A DNA stretch of 64,000 nucleotides from an uncultured Chloroflexia bacterium (GTDB taxonomy: Bacteria; Chloroflexota; Limnocylindria; Limnocylindrales; CSP1-4). The stretch lies in the NCBI GenBank assembly GCA_963752475.1, contig CAVVYR010000007.1, positions 544,001-608,000 on the forward strand. The letters run 5' to 3'. Positions within the stretch are counted from its first letter, which is position 1, and every line of letters begins with the position of its first letter. Under the pieces are notes generated by a model, which was given only the letters and a program-made list of their open reading frames with translations, was not told where the DNA came from and did not search any database. The position numbers were made by a program, and so were the translations under genes. Shown here one piece after another: positions 41,099 through 50,032 of this stretch.

Positions 41099-43696
41099 AT
41101 GACGGTAACCACCCTTACGACCGAATTCGGCGGTCGCACGATCACCATCGAGACTGGCAAGATGGCCAACCTCGCTGGTGGCTCCGTGACCGTGCAGTAC
41201 GGCGACACCATGCTGCTCGGTACGGCCAACCGTGCCAACCCCCGCCCCGGTCTCGACTTCTTCCCGCTCACGATCGATTTCGAGGAGCGGATGTACGCCG
41301 CGGGCAAGATCCCCGGCGGTTTCATCAAGCGTGAGGCCCGCCCGTCGGAGGCGGCCATCCTCGCGTGCCGCCTGACGGACCGTCCCATCCGCCCGCTCTT
41401 CCCCAAGGGCTACAAGGACGACGTCCAGTGCGTGCTCACCGTGCTCAGCACGGATCAGGAGAACAACCCCGACGTCATCGGCACCATCGCCGCGTCGGCT
41501 GCACTGACCATCAGCGAGATCCCGTTCCAGGGCCCCATCGGCGCTGTCCGCATCGGCCGCATCGATGGCGAGTTCGTGGTCAATCCGCTGGCCAGCCAGA
41601 TGGAGGAGTCGGAACTCGACCTCATCGTCGCCGGCACCGCTGACGCGATCATGATGGTCGAGGCTGGCGCCAAGATCCTGCCCGAGGACGTGATGGCTGA
41701 CGCGATCATGTTCGGCCACGAGTCCATCAAGCCCGTGATCGAGCTGCAGGAGCAGCTGCGCGAGCTGGTGGGCAAGGCCAAGCAGATCCCCTACATCGAG
41801 CCGTCCGTCGACTCTGTCGTCGACTTCGTGGACGCGGTAGATGCGGGCGAGTCCTTCGTCGTCTTCGACACCGAGACGACGAGCAAGGACGCCAGGACCG
41901 GCGAGCTCGTCGAGATCGGCGCCGTGCGCCTCTCCGGCGGCAAGGTCACCGACACCTTCGAGACGCTCGTCAAGCCCACTCGCGGCATCGTCGGCAACCA
42001 GATCCACGGCATCACCAACGCTGACGTCGAGGGCGCGCCCAGCCCGGCTGAGGCGGCTGCCCAACTCCTCGACTTCGCCGGCGACGACATCCTCGTCGGT
42101 CACAACGTCGGCTTCGACATCGGCTTCATCGAGGCCGCTCTGGCGGACGGGACCCGCATCGAGCCGGGCACCTACCTCGACACGCTCGTGATCGCGCGTG
42201 CCGGCTACCCCGATCTTGACGCTCACAAGCTGGGCGACCTGGTCGAGTTCTTCGGGCTCGACGTCGATCCCAAGCATCGCGCCCTGGCCGATGCCGAAGC
42301 CACCGCGGCCCTGCTCCAGGGCATGGCCGAGGACATCCCCGTCCGCGTCAACGCGTTCAAGTCGGCCGTCGCTGACACGATCCGCATGCGCAAGGGCGGC
42401 GACAACAACGACGTCGCAGACGCCGCCTTCGAGGCTGCGCTCGTGGCCTCCGGCCTGTCGAAGGGCTTCACCACGTTGCTGCACAAGAAGACCGTGCGTG
42501 AGGTCACCCTGGCCGAGGGTATCCGCATCGATGGTCGTGACGTGGACACCATCCGTCCCATCTCGGTCGAGGTCGGCCTGCTGCCGCGGGCCCACGGCTC
42601 CGGTCTCTTCACCCGCGGTCAGACGCAGGCGCTCACCGTGGCCACGCTTGGCCCTTCGAGCGACGTGCAGCGCATCGACACCATCAGTCCCGAAGAGTCG
42701 AAGCGCTACCTGCACCACTACAACATGCCCCCGTACAGCACCGGCGAGAACAAGTTCATGCGCGGCCCCGGCCGTCGTGAGATCGGCCACGGTGTCCTGG
42801 CGGAGCGCGCACTCCTGCCGGTCCTGCCGTCACAGGAGGAGTTCCCCTACGTCCTCCGCCTCGTGAGCGAGTGCGTCACCTCCAATGGCTCCACCTCCAT
42901 GGCCTCGACCTGCGGCTCGACGCTGGCACTGATGGACGCGGGTGTGCCCATCAAGGCACCTGTCGCGGGTGCGGCCATGGGTCTCATCACCGACGGCGAG
43001 GACTTCGTGGTCCTGACCGACATCCTCGGCAAGGAGGACTTCTTCGGTGACATGGACTTCAAGGTCACCGGCACCGAAGAGGGCGTCACCGCGCTCCAGA
43101 TGGACATCAAGGTCAAGGGCATCAACGAGGACATCATCCGCCAGGGCCTTCAGAAGGCCTACACGGCGCGCATGACCATCCTCGACAAGATGACCGAGGT
43201 CATCGGCGAGGCCCGTGAGGATGTCAGCGACTTCGCGCCGCGCATCACCACCATCAAGATCAACCCCGAGAAGATCCGCGACATCATCGGCAAGGGTGGT
43301 GCCACGATCCGCAAGATCCAGGAAGAGACCGGGACCGAGATCAACGTCGAGGACGACGGCAGCGTCGAGATCGCCGCGGTCGACCAGACCAAGTCGGCCA
43401 AGGCCATCGAGTGGATCGAGTCGATCACCAAGGAGGTCGAGGTCGGCGGGCTGTACCTGGGCAAGGTCACCCGCATCATGGGCTTCGGCGCCTTCGTCGA
43501 GATCCTGCCGGGCAAGGAAGGCCTCGTTCGCATCGGCGAGCTGGCTGACTACCACGTCCCCACCGTCGAGGACGTCGTCCAGGTCGGCGACGAGATCATG
43601 GTCGTGGTCATCGAGATCGACCGCCAGGGTCGCGTCAACCTGAGCCGCAAGGCCGCCATGCAGCGGCACCAGGCCAAGGAGGATGCGGAGGCCTAG
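41099..43696 (+). CDS. pnp: polyribonucleotide nucleotidyltransferase with inserted DEDDh exonuclease domain
   Basis: PH1 (DFFPL, AGKIPGGF.KRE, DRPIRPLF), DEDDh insert, PH2 (RIDGR, HGSGLFTRGQTQ, RREIGHG, SNGSTSMAS, DFFGDMDFK), KH (IIGKGG), S1. Confidence 0.97.
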   Translation: MTVTTLTTEFGGRTITIETGKMANLAGGSVTVQYGDTMLLGTANRANPRPGLDFFPLTIDFEERMYAAGKIPGGFIKREARPSEAAILACRLTDRPIRPLFPKGYKDDVQCVLTVLSTDQENNPDVIGTIAASAALTISEIPFQGPIGAVRIGRIDGEFVVNPLASQMEESELDLIVAGTADAIMMVEAGAKILPEDVMADAIMFGHESIKPVIELQEQLRELVGKAKQIPYIEPSVDSVVDFVDAVDAGESFVVFDTETTSKDARTGELVEIGAVRLSGGKVTDTFETLVKPTRGIVGNQIHGITNADVEGAPSPAEAAAQLLDFAGDDILVGHNVGFDIGFIEAALADGTRIEPGTYLDTLVIARAGYPDLDAHKLGDLVEFFGLDVDPKHRALADAEATAALLQGMAEDIPVRVNAFKSAVADTIRMRKGGDNNDVADAAFEAALVASGLSKGFTTLLHKKTVREVTLAEGIRIDGRDVDTIRPISVEVGLLPRAHGSGLFTRGQTQALTVATLGPSSDVQRIDTISPEESKRYLHHYNMPPYSTGENKFMRGPGRREIGHGVLAERALLPVLPSQEEFPYVLRLVSECVTSNGSTSMASTCGSTLALMDAGVPIKAPVAGAAMGLITDGEDFVVLTDILGKEDFFGDMDFKVTGTEEGVTALQMDIKVKGINEDIIRQGLQKAYTARMTILDKMTEVIGEAREDVSDFAPRITTIKINPEKIRDIIGKGGATIRKIQEETGTEINVEDDGSVEIAAVDQTKSAKAIEWIESITKEVEVGGLYLGKVTRIMGFGAFVEILPGKEGLVRIGELADYHVPTVEDVVQVGDEIMVVVIEIDRQGRVNLSRKAAMQRHQAKEDAEA
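41846..42330 (+). other. DEDDh/DnaQ-like 3'-5' exonuclease domain within PNPase
   Basis: ExoI FVVFDTETT, EIGAV, IHGIT, ExoII GHNVGFD, LDTL, ExoIII HRALADA; boundaries approximate. Confidence 0.93.
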
Positions 43697-43733
43697 CGCC
43701 TCGCGCCCCTGGCGCACTCACGCAAGCGACATG

Positions 43734-43770
43734 GACCGCCGTCCTCATCGAGAGGGCGGCGGTCTCGTTC
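43734..43770 (+). terminator. stem-loop after pnp
   Basis: GACCGCCGTCCT / AGGGCGGCGGTC 12-bp stem (one G-U), weak U tail. Confidence 0.6.
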
Positions 43771-44052
43771 GTCCCGTGTGGTCACCCGCAGTCTTGGGTG
43801 GCACCATCAGGGCCTTGTCCCCACCACAGGGCCGATCGACCGACCGGATGGCTTATCCGCTGGGCTCAGCCGCCGATCGGCCTGCCTCGTGGGACGAACG
43901 GCAGCCGAACGCTTCCTGCTCGGTCGCATGGCACCCCTGCTGGGAGAGCCGGGCCGCACCGGCGGATACTCGGTCGTTCGGCACCCCAGGTGGTTCAGCC
44001 AGGCGTCGAGGTGCCCCGGCATCCGCGGTGGATCCGTCGCCGGTCGGTCCGC

Positions 44053-45141
44053 TCAGTGGGCCGGCTCGGGCCCCTTGAGTGCAGCTTCGTAGACGTCGCG
44101 CGTGGCATCGGCCACGCGCTCCCAATCGAAGCGTGAGAGGTCGGCGGCGTTGTGGCGCCCCATGGCCTCGAGGTCCACATCCATCGCGGTTCGCAGTGCG
44201 CCCTCGAGGCCCTGCGGGTCGTCCGCGTCGTAGAGGATGCCGCCCTGCTCGTCGAGCACATCGGTGACACAGCCACGACGGGGCGCGATGACGGCCCGTT
44301 CGAAGGACATCGCCAGCAGCACCGAGCCGCTGGTGAAGATCTCGAGGAAGGGAGCGGCGACCACGTCCGCGGCTCGCAGGTAGAGCTGCAGGTCGTCGTC
44401 CTCGACGAACCCGAGCGAGAGATGGATGCGTTCATCGCCCTTGGCCGCGGCCGTCAGGCGTGCGGCGTAGGCACCGTCTACGGCCTGGCCCGCGATGACC
44501 AGGCGGGCGTCCGGCTCGTCGAGCTTGGTGAACGCCTCATACAGCTCCCACACGCCCTTGTAGCTGCGGACCCAGCCCACGAACGAGATGACCTTGGCCT
44601 CTGCGGGCAGGCCCAGCCGGTCTCGGGCCTCCTCGCGCGTGACGTCGTCGGCGTAGGCGCCTTTGTAGTGGCCGTGGGGGATGATGGCGATCTTCGCCCG
44701 TCCGGCCTCGCCGACGCCGAGCGTCTGGAGCAGCCCATCGGCGGCGGCACTGCAGTGGACGATGACCGTGTCCACCAGTTCGAAGAGCGAGCGCATGAAG
44801 GCCAGCTCGTTGGGATCCTCACGCCTGTCGTGGCGGAAGAGGTCGTGAGCCGTCCACACCAGGCCGATGCCACTGCGCTTGGCTAGTCGCAGCTCCACGA
44901 GGGTGCGTTTGGCTTTCACCCGGCTGACCTTGCTGCTCCCGCCGGCGATGTAGGGCTCGGTCCAGTGGATATGGAGGACGTCCGGTCGGCCGTGGCGCCG
45001 CAGCGCTTCCACGACGGGCAGCACGCGCCGCGATCCGGTGGGGTCGGCGCTGACGCTGACTCCACGCGACTCCAGCCCATCGGTGAGGGCGCGCTGGTAG
45101 GCATTGGCGGCCGAGTAGTCGGGCAGGAACAGGACCTTCAC
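44053..45141 (-). CDS. GT4 glycosyltransferase (GumI-like mannosyltransferase type)
   Basis: NAYQ, HIHW, WTAH, IPHGHY, G.VRSYKG, TSGSVLLAMSF; GTG start at 45141. Confidence 0.88.
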   Translation of the reverse strand: MKVLFLPDYSAANAYQRALTDGLESRGVSVSADPTGSRRVLPVVEALRRHGRPDVLHIHWTEPYIAGGSSKVSRVKAKRTLVELRLAKRSGIGLVWTAHDLFRHDRREDPNELAFMRSLFELVDTVIVHCSAAADGLLQTLGVGEAGRAKIAIIPHGHYKGAYADDVTREEARDRLGLPAEAKVISFVGWVRSYKGVWELYEAFTKLDEPDARLVIAGQAVDGAYAARLTAAAKGDERIHLSLGFVEDDDLQLYLRAADVVAAPFLEIFTSGSVLLAMSFERAVIAPRRGCVTDVLDEQGGILYDADDPQGLEGALRTAMDVDLEAMGRHNAADLSRFDWERVADATRDVYEAALKGPEPAH

Positions 45142-45149
45142 TGGCTGGA

Positions 45150-46454
45150 TCAGACTCCGATGTCGTCGTACACGCGCAGCAGCTCCCGGGCTTGATGCTG
45201 CCATGCGTAGCGGGTTCGAGCAGCCTCGAGGCAGCGCATACGCAGTGCGAGACGCTCGTCCTCGGGGGCATCGATGATGTCACGGATGGCCCGGGCCACG
45301 TCGGCTGGATCGGTCGGATCGCAAAGCACGCCGCACCGGGTCTCGTTGACGATGGGGCTGATGCCGGGCAGCTTGCTGGCCACGACCGGCACACCCACGC
45401 CGATGGCGTCGTACAGCTTGGTCGGCGTGTTGAAGCGATGGTTCAACGTGTCGGGCTGGACCGGCATGGCCGAGACATCGGCACCTCGCGTCCACTCGGG
45501 GATCTCCGCCGGTGACACCGAGCCCGCGAAGTGGATGCGGCCGGCGTGCGGGAGAGCGGCCGCGATGGTGCGGTAGCGCTCGTAGTCCGGCCCATAGCCG
45601 GCGACCACGAGGTCCGCATCGTCGATGAGCGAGATGGCCTCGAAGAGCTGTCGCAGGCCGCGTCCGCGCATGACCTGGCCGATGTAGAGCACGATCCGCC
45701 GATCCCGCGACAGCTCGAACAGCGCATGGAAACGGTCGGTCCGCGCCACGTCGTCCGGTCGGACCTCCATCTCCAGGTCATCGACCAAGGCGGCGTTGCG
45801 GACGACGGCGTCGACGGGTCGCCCGAGCACGCGCTCGAGGATCTGGGCGTAGGGATCCGAGACGGTGACGACGGCGTCAGCCGTGCGCGCGAGCCGCTTC
45901 TCGTGGCGGCGGAGCAGTTGCTTCCACGGTCCCGGCAGGCGGGCCATGCGACCGGCCTCGCTGTCGATGTCGTTGGCGTCATAGACGATGATGCCTCCGA
46001 AGTGCTCGCGCAGCGACACGGCTAGTGAGAGGGTGATGACCGACTCGGCCTGCCACACGTCGAAGCCGTCGACCTGCTCCGCGATGATCTTCGACCAGGC
46101 CCGCGACATGCGCAGGTAGCGCAGGGCCTGGATCGCCCGACCCACGCTGTCGCGGACACGACGACGCAGGCCGCCGAGCCGTCCGTGCGGGTCGTCACCC
46201 GTCTCGGGCAGGCTCGGGGCCGGCAGCCACGAGAGCGGCTGCGGCTGACGGATGCGCGTGACCGTGTGGTGCTCGAGCTTCTCGGTCGTGGCCAGCCCGG
46301 CGCCCCAGCGGGCGATGACGGTCACCTGATAGCCGGCCCGACCGAGCGATTCGGCCGTCTTCCAGGCACGCGCGTCAGCCTCGTAGGTGTTGTTGATGAG
46401 GATGGCCACGCGGGCGGGTGCGTGGCGGGCGGCGGCAGCGTCGCGATTTACCAT
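45150..46454 (-). CDS. GT4 glycosyltransferase
   Basis: DARAWK.A.SL..AGY, VYDAND, YIGQVMRGRGL, TPTKLYDAIGVGVPVVAS; ATG 46454. Confidence 0.88.
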   Translation of the reverse strand: MVNRDAAAARHAPARVAILINNTYEADARAWKTAESLGRAGYQVTVIARWGAGLATTEKLEHHTVTRIRQPQPLSWLPAPSLPETGDDPHGRLGGLRRRVRDSVGRAIQALRYLRMSRAWSKIIAEQVDGFDVWQAESVITLSLAVSLREHFGGIIVYDANDIDSEAGRMARLPGPWKQLLRRHEKRLARTADAVVTVSDPYAQILERVLGRPVDAVVRNAALVDDLEMEVRPDDVARTDRFHALFELSRDRRIVLYIGQVMRGRGLRQLFEAISLIDDADLVVAGYGPDYERYRTIAAALPHAGRIHFAGSVSPAEIPEWTRGADVSAMPVQPDTLNHRFNTPTKLYDAIGVGVPVVASKLPGISPIVNETRCGVLCDPTDPADVARAIRDIIDAPEDERLALRMRCLEAARTRYAWQHQARELLRVYDDIGV

Positions 46455-46544
46455 TCCACGGTAGCGTAAGGAGCGCCGAGGGAGCGTAGTAGACGCGTTA
46501 TCATCGTCCCGTGCCCTCGATGGAAGATCCACAGGAATAGCACC

Positions 46545-47612
46545 ATGCCCATCGAGTCCCCCCACCGCCCCCTCACTGTCGCTGTCGTCGGCGCTACCGG
46601 TCTGGTGGGACGAACCATGACCGACATCCTCGCGGAGCGGGACTTCCCGGTCGGTGAGCTGCGCCCGTTGGCGTCCCGTGCCGGCGACCGCACCGTCCAG
46701 TTCGGCGGGCGTGAGTACCCGGTCCGGGTCGCGACCCCTGAGGCCTTCGAAGGCGTGGACATCGCCATCTTCAGCGCCGGTGGCGGGACGTCCGCGGCGC
46801 TCGCTCCCGAGGCCGCAGCCCGCGGCGCGGTGGTCGTCGACAACAGCAGCCAGTGGCGGATGGAGCCGGGCGTGCCGCTCGTGGTAGCGGGCGTCAACGA
46901 CGACGACGCCGCGCAGCACGAGGGCATCATCGCCAACCCCAACTGCTCCACGATGCAGTTGATGCCCTTGTTCAAGGCGCTGCGCGACAGCGTGGGCATG
47001 AAGCGCGTCATCGTCGACACGTATCAGGCCGTCAGCGGTAGCGGCAACAAGGCCGTGGTCGAGCTGGAGGACCAGGTCAGGGCCTTCGCCGCGGGCGAAG
47101 AGATGGAGGCCTCGGTCTATCCGTACCCCATCGCCTTCAACGTCCTGCCCCATATCGACGTCTTCCTCGACAACGGCTACACCAAGGAGGAGTGGAAGGT
47201 CACCGTCGAGACGCGCAAGATCCTGCACCTGCCGGACCTGCCGGTCTCGTGCACGGCCGTGCGCGTGCCTGTGGTCACCTCGCACTCGGAGGCGGTCCAT
47301 GTGGAGCTGCAGGGCTCCATGTCCCCGGACGAGGCGCGCGAGTTGTTCGCCGCTGTCCCTGGTGTGATCGTCAAGGACGACCCCGCCAACGACGTCTATC
47401 CGCTGCCTACCGACGGCGCCGGTGTGGACGAGGTCTTCGTCGGGCGTATCCGCGCCGACGCCTCGCTGCCACCCGGGAAGGGCCTGGCCTTCTGGGTCGT
47501 CTCGGACAACCTGCGCAAGGGCGCTGCCACCAACGCCGTCGAGATCGCCGAGGTCGTGGCCCGCAACGGCTGGCTCAAGAAGGCGTCCGAACGCGCTGCC
47601 GAGGTCGCGTGA
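46545..47612 (+). CDS. asd: aspartate-semialdehyde dehydrogenase
   Basis: GATGLVG, DNSS.WRM, IANPNCST, YQAVSGSG, VRVPV..SHSE, DNLRKGAA.N. Confidence 0.97.
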   Translation: MPIESPHRPLTVAVVGATGLVGRTMTDILAERDFPVGELRPLASRAGDRTVQFGGREYPVRVATPEAFEGVDIAIFSAGGGTSAALAPEAAARGAVVVDNSSQWRMEPGVPLVVAGVNDDDAAQHEGIIANPNCSTMQLMPLFKALRDSVGMKRVIVDTYQAVSGSGNKAVVELEDQVRAFAAGEEMEASVYPYPIAFNVLPHIDVFLDNGYTKEEWKVTVETRKILHLPDLPVSCTAVRVPVVTSHSEAVHVELQGSMSPDEARELFAAVPGVIVKDDPANDVYPLPTDGAGVDEVFVGRIRADASLPPGKGLAFWVVSDNLRKGAATNAVEIAEVVARNGWLKKASERAAEVA

Positions 47613-48343
47613 CGAGCGAGGAACGCGCTGCCGCACTGGAGGCTGTCGCGAGCGAAGTCCGTGACTGCACGCGCTGTCGCCTGGCAGAGGGCCGCACCAA
47701 GGCCGTCCCGGGGGAGGGCAGTCCCGAGACCGAGGTCGTGTTCGTGGGTGAGGGCCCGGGACAGAACGAGGACCGCCAGGGGCGACCGTTCGTGGGCGCT
47801 GCCGGCAACCTCCTGCAGGACCTGCTGGGCATGATCGGATGGAGGCGCGAGGACGTCTTCATCACCAACGTCGTCAAGTGCCGCCCGCCCAACAATCGCG
47901 ACCCTGAACCCGACGAGATCGCCGCCTGTCAGCCGTTCCTGCGGCGACAGCTGGAGATCCTCGACCCGGCGCTGCTGGTCACGCTGGGCCGGTTCAGCCT
48001 GCAGACGTTCATGCCTGGCGATCGCATCAGCCGCGTGCACGGTACCGAACGAGCCATCGACCCCGCTACCGGGGCCCGTGCCGCGACCGGCTACGCCCTC
48101 TACCACCCCGCCGCGGCCCTGCGGCAGGGCTCGCTCAAGGAGACGATGCAGCGCGACATGGCGCGCGTGCCCGAGGTGCTCATCCGCGCCCGAGCCGAAC
48201 GCGCCCCCGCCGAAGCCGCTCCCGAGTCGGAGCCCGAGACCACATCGCCGGCGCCTGCTGAGGCGTCACCGACCAATGAGAACCAGGAACCCCATGAGGA
48301 TGAACCCATGAAACGATCCGACGACCAGTACGGTCTCTTCTGA
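47609..48343 (+). CDS. uracil-DNA glycosylase family 4 (4Fe-4S)
   Basis: CTRC, GEGPG, GRPFVG, NVVKCRPP.NR.P, C, YHPAA; GTGA overlap with asd. Confidence 0.94.
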   Translation: MTSEERAAALEAVASEVRDCTRCRLAEGRTKAVPGEGSPETEVVFVGEGPGQNEDRQGRPFVGAAGNLLQDLLGMIGWRREDVFITNVVKCRPPNNRDPEPDEIAACQPFLRRQLEILDPALLVTLGRFSLQTFMPGDRISRVHGTERAIDPATGARAATGYALYHPAAALRQGSLKETMQRDMARVPEVLIRARAERAPAEAAPESEPETTSPAPAEASPTNENQEPHEDEPMKRSDDQYGLF

Positions 48344-50025
48344 TGGCCGTGAAGCGAGCTCCCAAGACGAGCCCGGAGGTCTTGCGCGTCGTACCGCTCG
48401 GTGGCCTCGGCGAGATCGGCAAGAACATGACCGTGTTCGAGTTCGGTGGCGAGATCATCGTCGTCGACTGCGGTCTGGCCTTCCCCGAGCCCGAGATGTA
48501 CGGCATCGACATCGTCATCGCGGACATCGCCTACCTGCGCGACAAGCGGGACCAGGTGACGGCCTTCGTCATCACCCACGCGCACGAGGACCACATCGGT
48601 GCGCTGCCGTATGTCCTGCCCGAGTTCCCGGGCGTGCCCGTCTACGCCTCCACCCTCGCGCGCGGCCTCATCAGCAACAAGATCAAGGAGCGCAAGCTCC
48701 GCAACAACCGCCTCGAGGCGCTCGACCCGGGCGACACGGTGGAGCTGGGCAACTTCGATGTCACGGCCTTCCGCATCGGCCACTCCATCCCCGACGCCAT
48801 GGGCCTGCGCATCAGGACACCGTTCGGCGACATCGTGCACACCGGTGACTTCAAGTTCGACCAGACCCCGGTCGACGGCAAGCCCGCCGACTTCGGTGAC
48901 ATCGGCCGCTTCGGCGCGGAGGGTGTGCTCTGCCTCATGTCCGACTCGACGCGTGCCGAGGCGCCCGGCTACACGCCCTCGGAGCGGACCGTGGGCGAGG
49001 CCTTCCACGACATCATGGAAGGGCTGGAGGGCCGCGTCATCGTGGCCACCTTCGCTTCCAACATCGCGCGCGTGCAGCAGGTCTTCGAGGCCAGCGAGAC
49101 CTTCGGCCGCAAGGCGGCCGTGTTGGGCCGCTCGATGGAGCAGAACAGCCGCATCGCCCAGGACCTGGGCTATCTTCGCCCACCCAGCACAGGCCTCGTG
49201 CCCAAGGGCAAGATCTCGTCGGTGCCCGATGATGAGCTGACCATCGTGACCACGGGTGCGCAAGGTGAGCCCATGGCCGGTCTTGCGCGCATGGCCAACA
49301 ACGAGAACCGCTTCGTCGAGCTCACGCCCGGCGACACGGTCATCGTCAGCGCCAGCCCCATCCCGGGCAACGAGGAATACGTCGCACGCACCGTCGACAA
49401 CCTCTTCCGCGCCGGCGCCAACGTCTACTACCACGCCATCAAGCGGGCGCACGTCTCGGGTCACGCCAGCCAGGAAGAGCTCAAGCTCATGCTCAACCTG
49501 ACCAAGCCCAAGTACATCATCCCCATCCACGGCGAGTTCCGGATGCTGGTGCAGCACGGGCGTCTGGCGCAGGAGATCGGCCTCGAGGCGGAGAACATCC
49601 TCATCCTCGAGAACGGTCAACCCATCGAGTTCCTGGCCGATGGCTCGGCGCGCCGGGGCGAGCCGGTCGAAGCCGGCCGTGTCTACGTCGACGGTGTCTC
49701 CGTGGGTGAGGTCGGTGAGGTCGTGTTGCGCGACCGCCGGGCCCTGGCCAAGGACGGCATGTTCATCGTGGTCGTGACCGTGGACAAGCAGCGTGGCCGC
49801 CTCGTGGGCCGGCCCGAGGTCGTCACGCGAGGCTTCGTCTCACCCACTGAGGAGAAGATCATCGCCGGCTCCGTCGAACGCGTTGCCAACGCGCTGCAGA
49901 AGCCCGGCGACCACTTCGCCGAAGCCGGCCTGCTCAAGGCCCAGGTGAAGGACAACCTGTCCGCCTACCTCTACGAGCAGACCCGTCGGCGGCCGCTCGT
50001 GTTCCCGGTGATCGTGGAGGTCTAG
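48343..50025 (+). CDS. rnj: ribonuclease J
   Basis: GGLGEIGKNM, THAHEDHIG, HSIPD, TGDFK, SDST, HVSGH, PIHGE. Confidence 0.97.
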   Translation: MAVKRAPKTSPEVLRVVPLGGLGEIGKNMTVFEFGGEIIVVDCGLAFPEPEMYGIDIVIADIAYLRDKRDQVTAFVITHAHEDHIGALPYVLPEFPGVPVYASTLARGLISNKIKERKLRNNRLEALDPGDTVELGNFDVTAFRIGHSIPDAMGLRIRTPFGDIVHTGDFKFDQTPVDGKPADFGDIGRFGAEGVLCLMSDSTRAEAPGYTPSERTVGEAFHDIMEGLEGRVIVATFASNIARVQQVFEASETFGRKAAVLGRSMEQNSRIAQDLGYLRPPSTGLVPKGKISSVPDDELTIVTTGAQGEPMAGLARMANNENRFVELTPGDTVIVSASPIPGNEEYVARTVDNLFRAGANVYYHAIKRAHVSGHASQEELKLMLNLTKPKYIIPIHGEFRMLVQHGRLAQEIGLEAENILILENGQPIEFLADGSARRGEPVEAGRVYVDGVSVGEVGEVVLRDRRALAKDGMFIVVVTVDKQRGRLVGRPEVVTRGFVSPTEEKIIAGSVERVANALQKPGDHFAEAGLLKAQVKDNLSAYLYEQTRRRPLVFPVIVEV

Positions 50026-50032
50026 CCCGCCC

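Noticed and set aside
41846-42330. PNPase insert as an intein or mobile element
   Set aside because: No splice-junction residues (the only HN is the ExoII motif, followed by Val), no homing-endonuclease motifs or terminal repeats; motifs are purely DEDDh
46455-46544. Lysine riboswitch upstream of asd
   Set aside because: The divergent spacer is only about 90 nt and lacks riboswitch features
45150-47636. 828-aa minus-strand ORF as one large protein
   Set aside because: The N-terminal half is the antisense shadow of asd; the real GT4 gene begins near 46454
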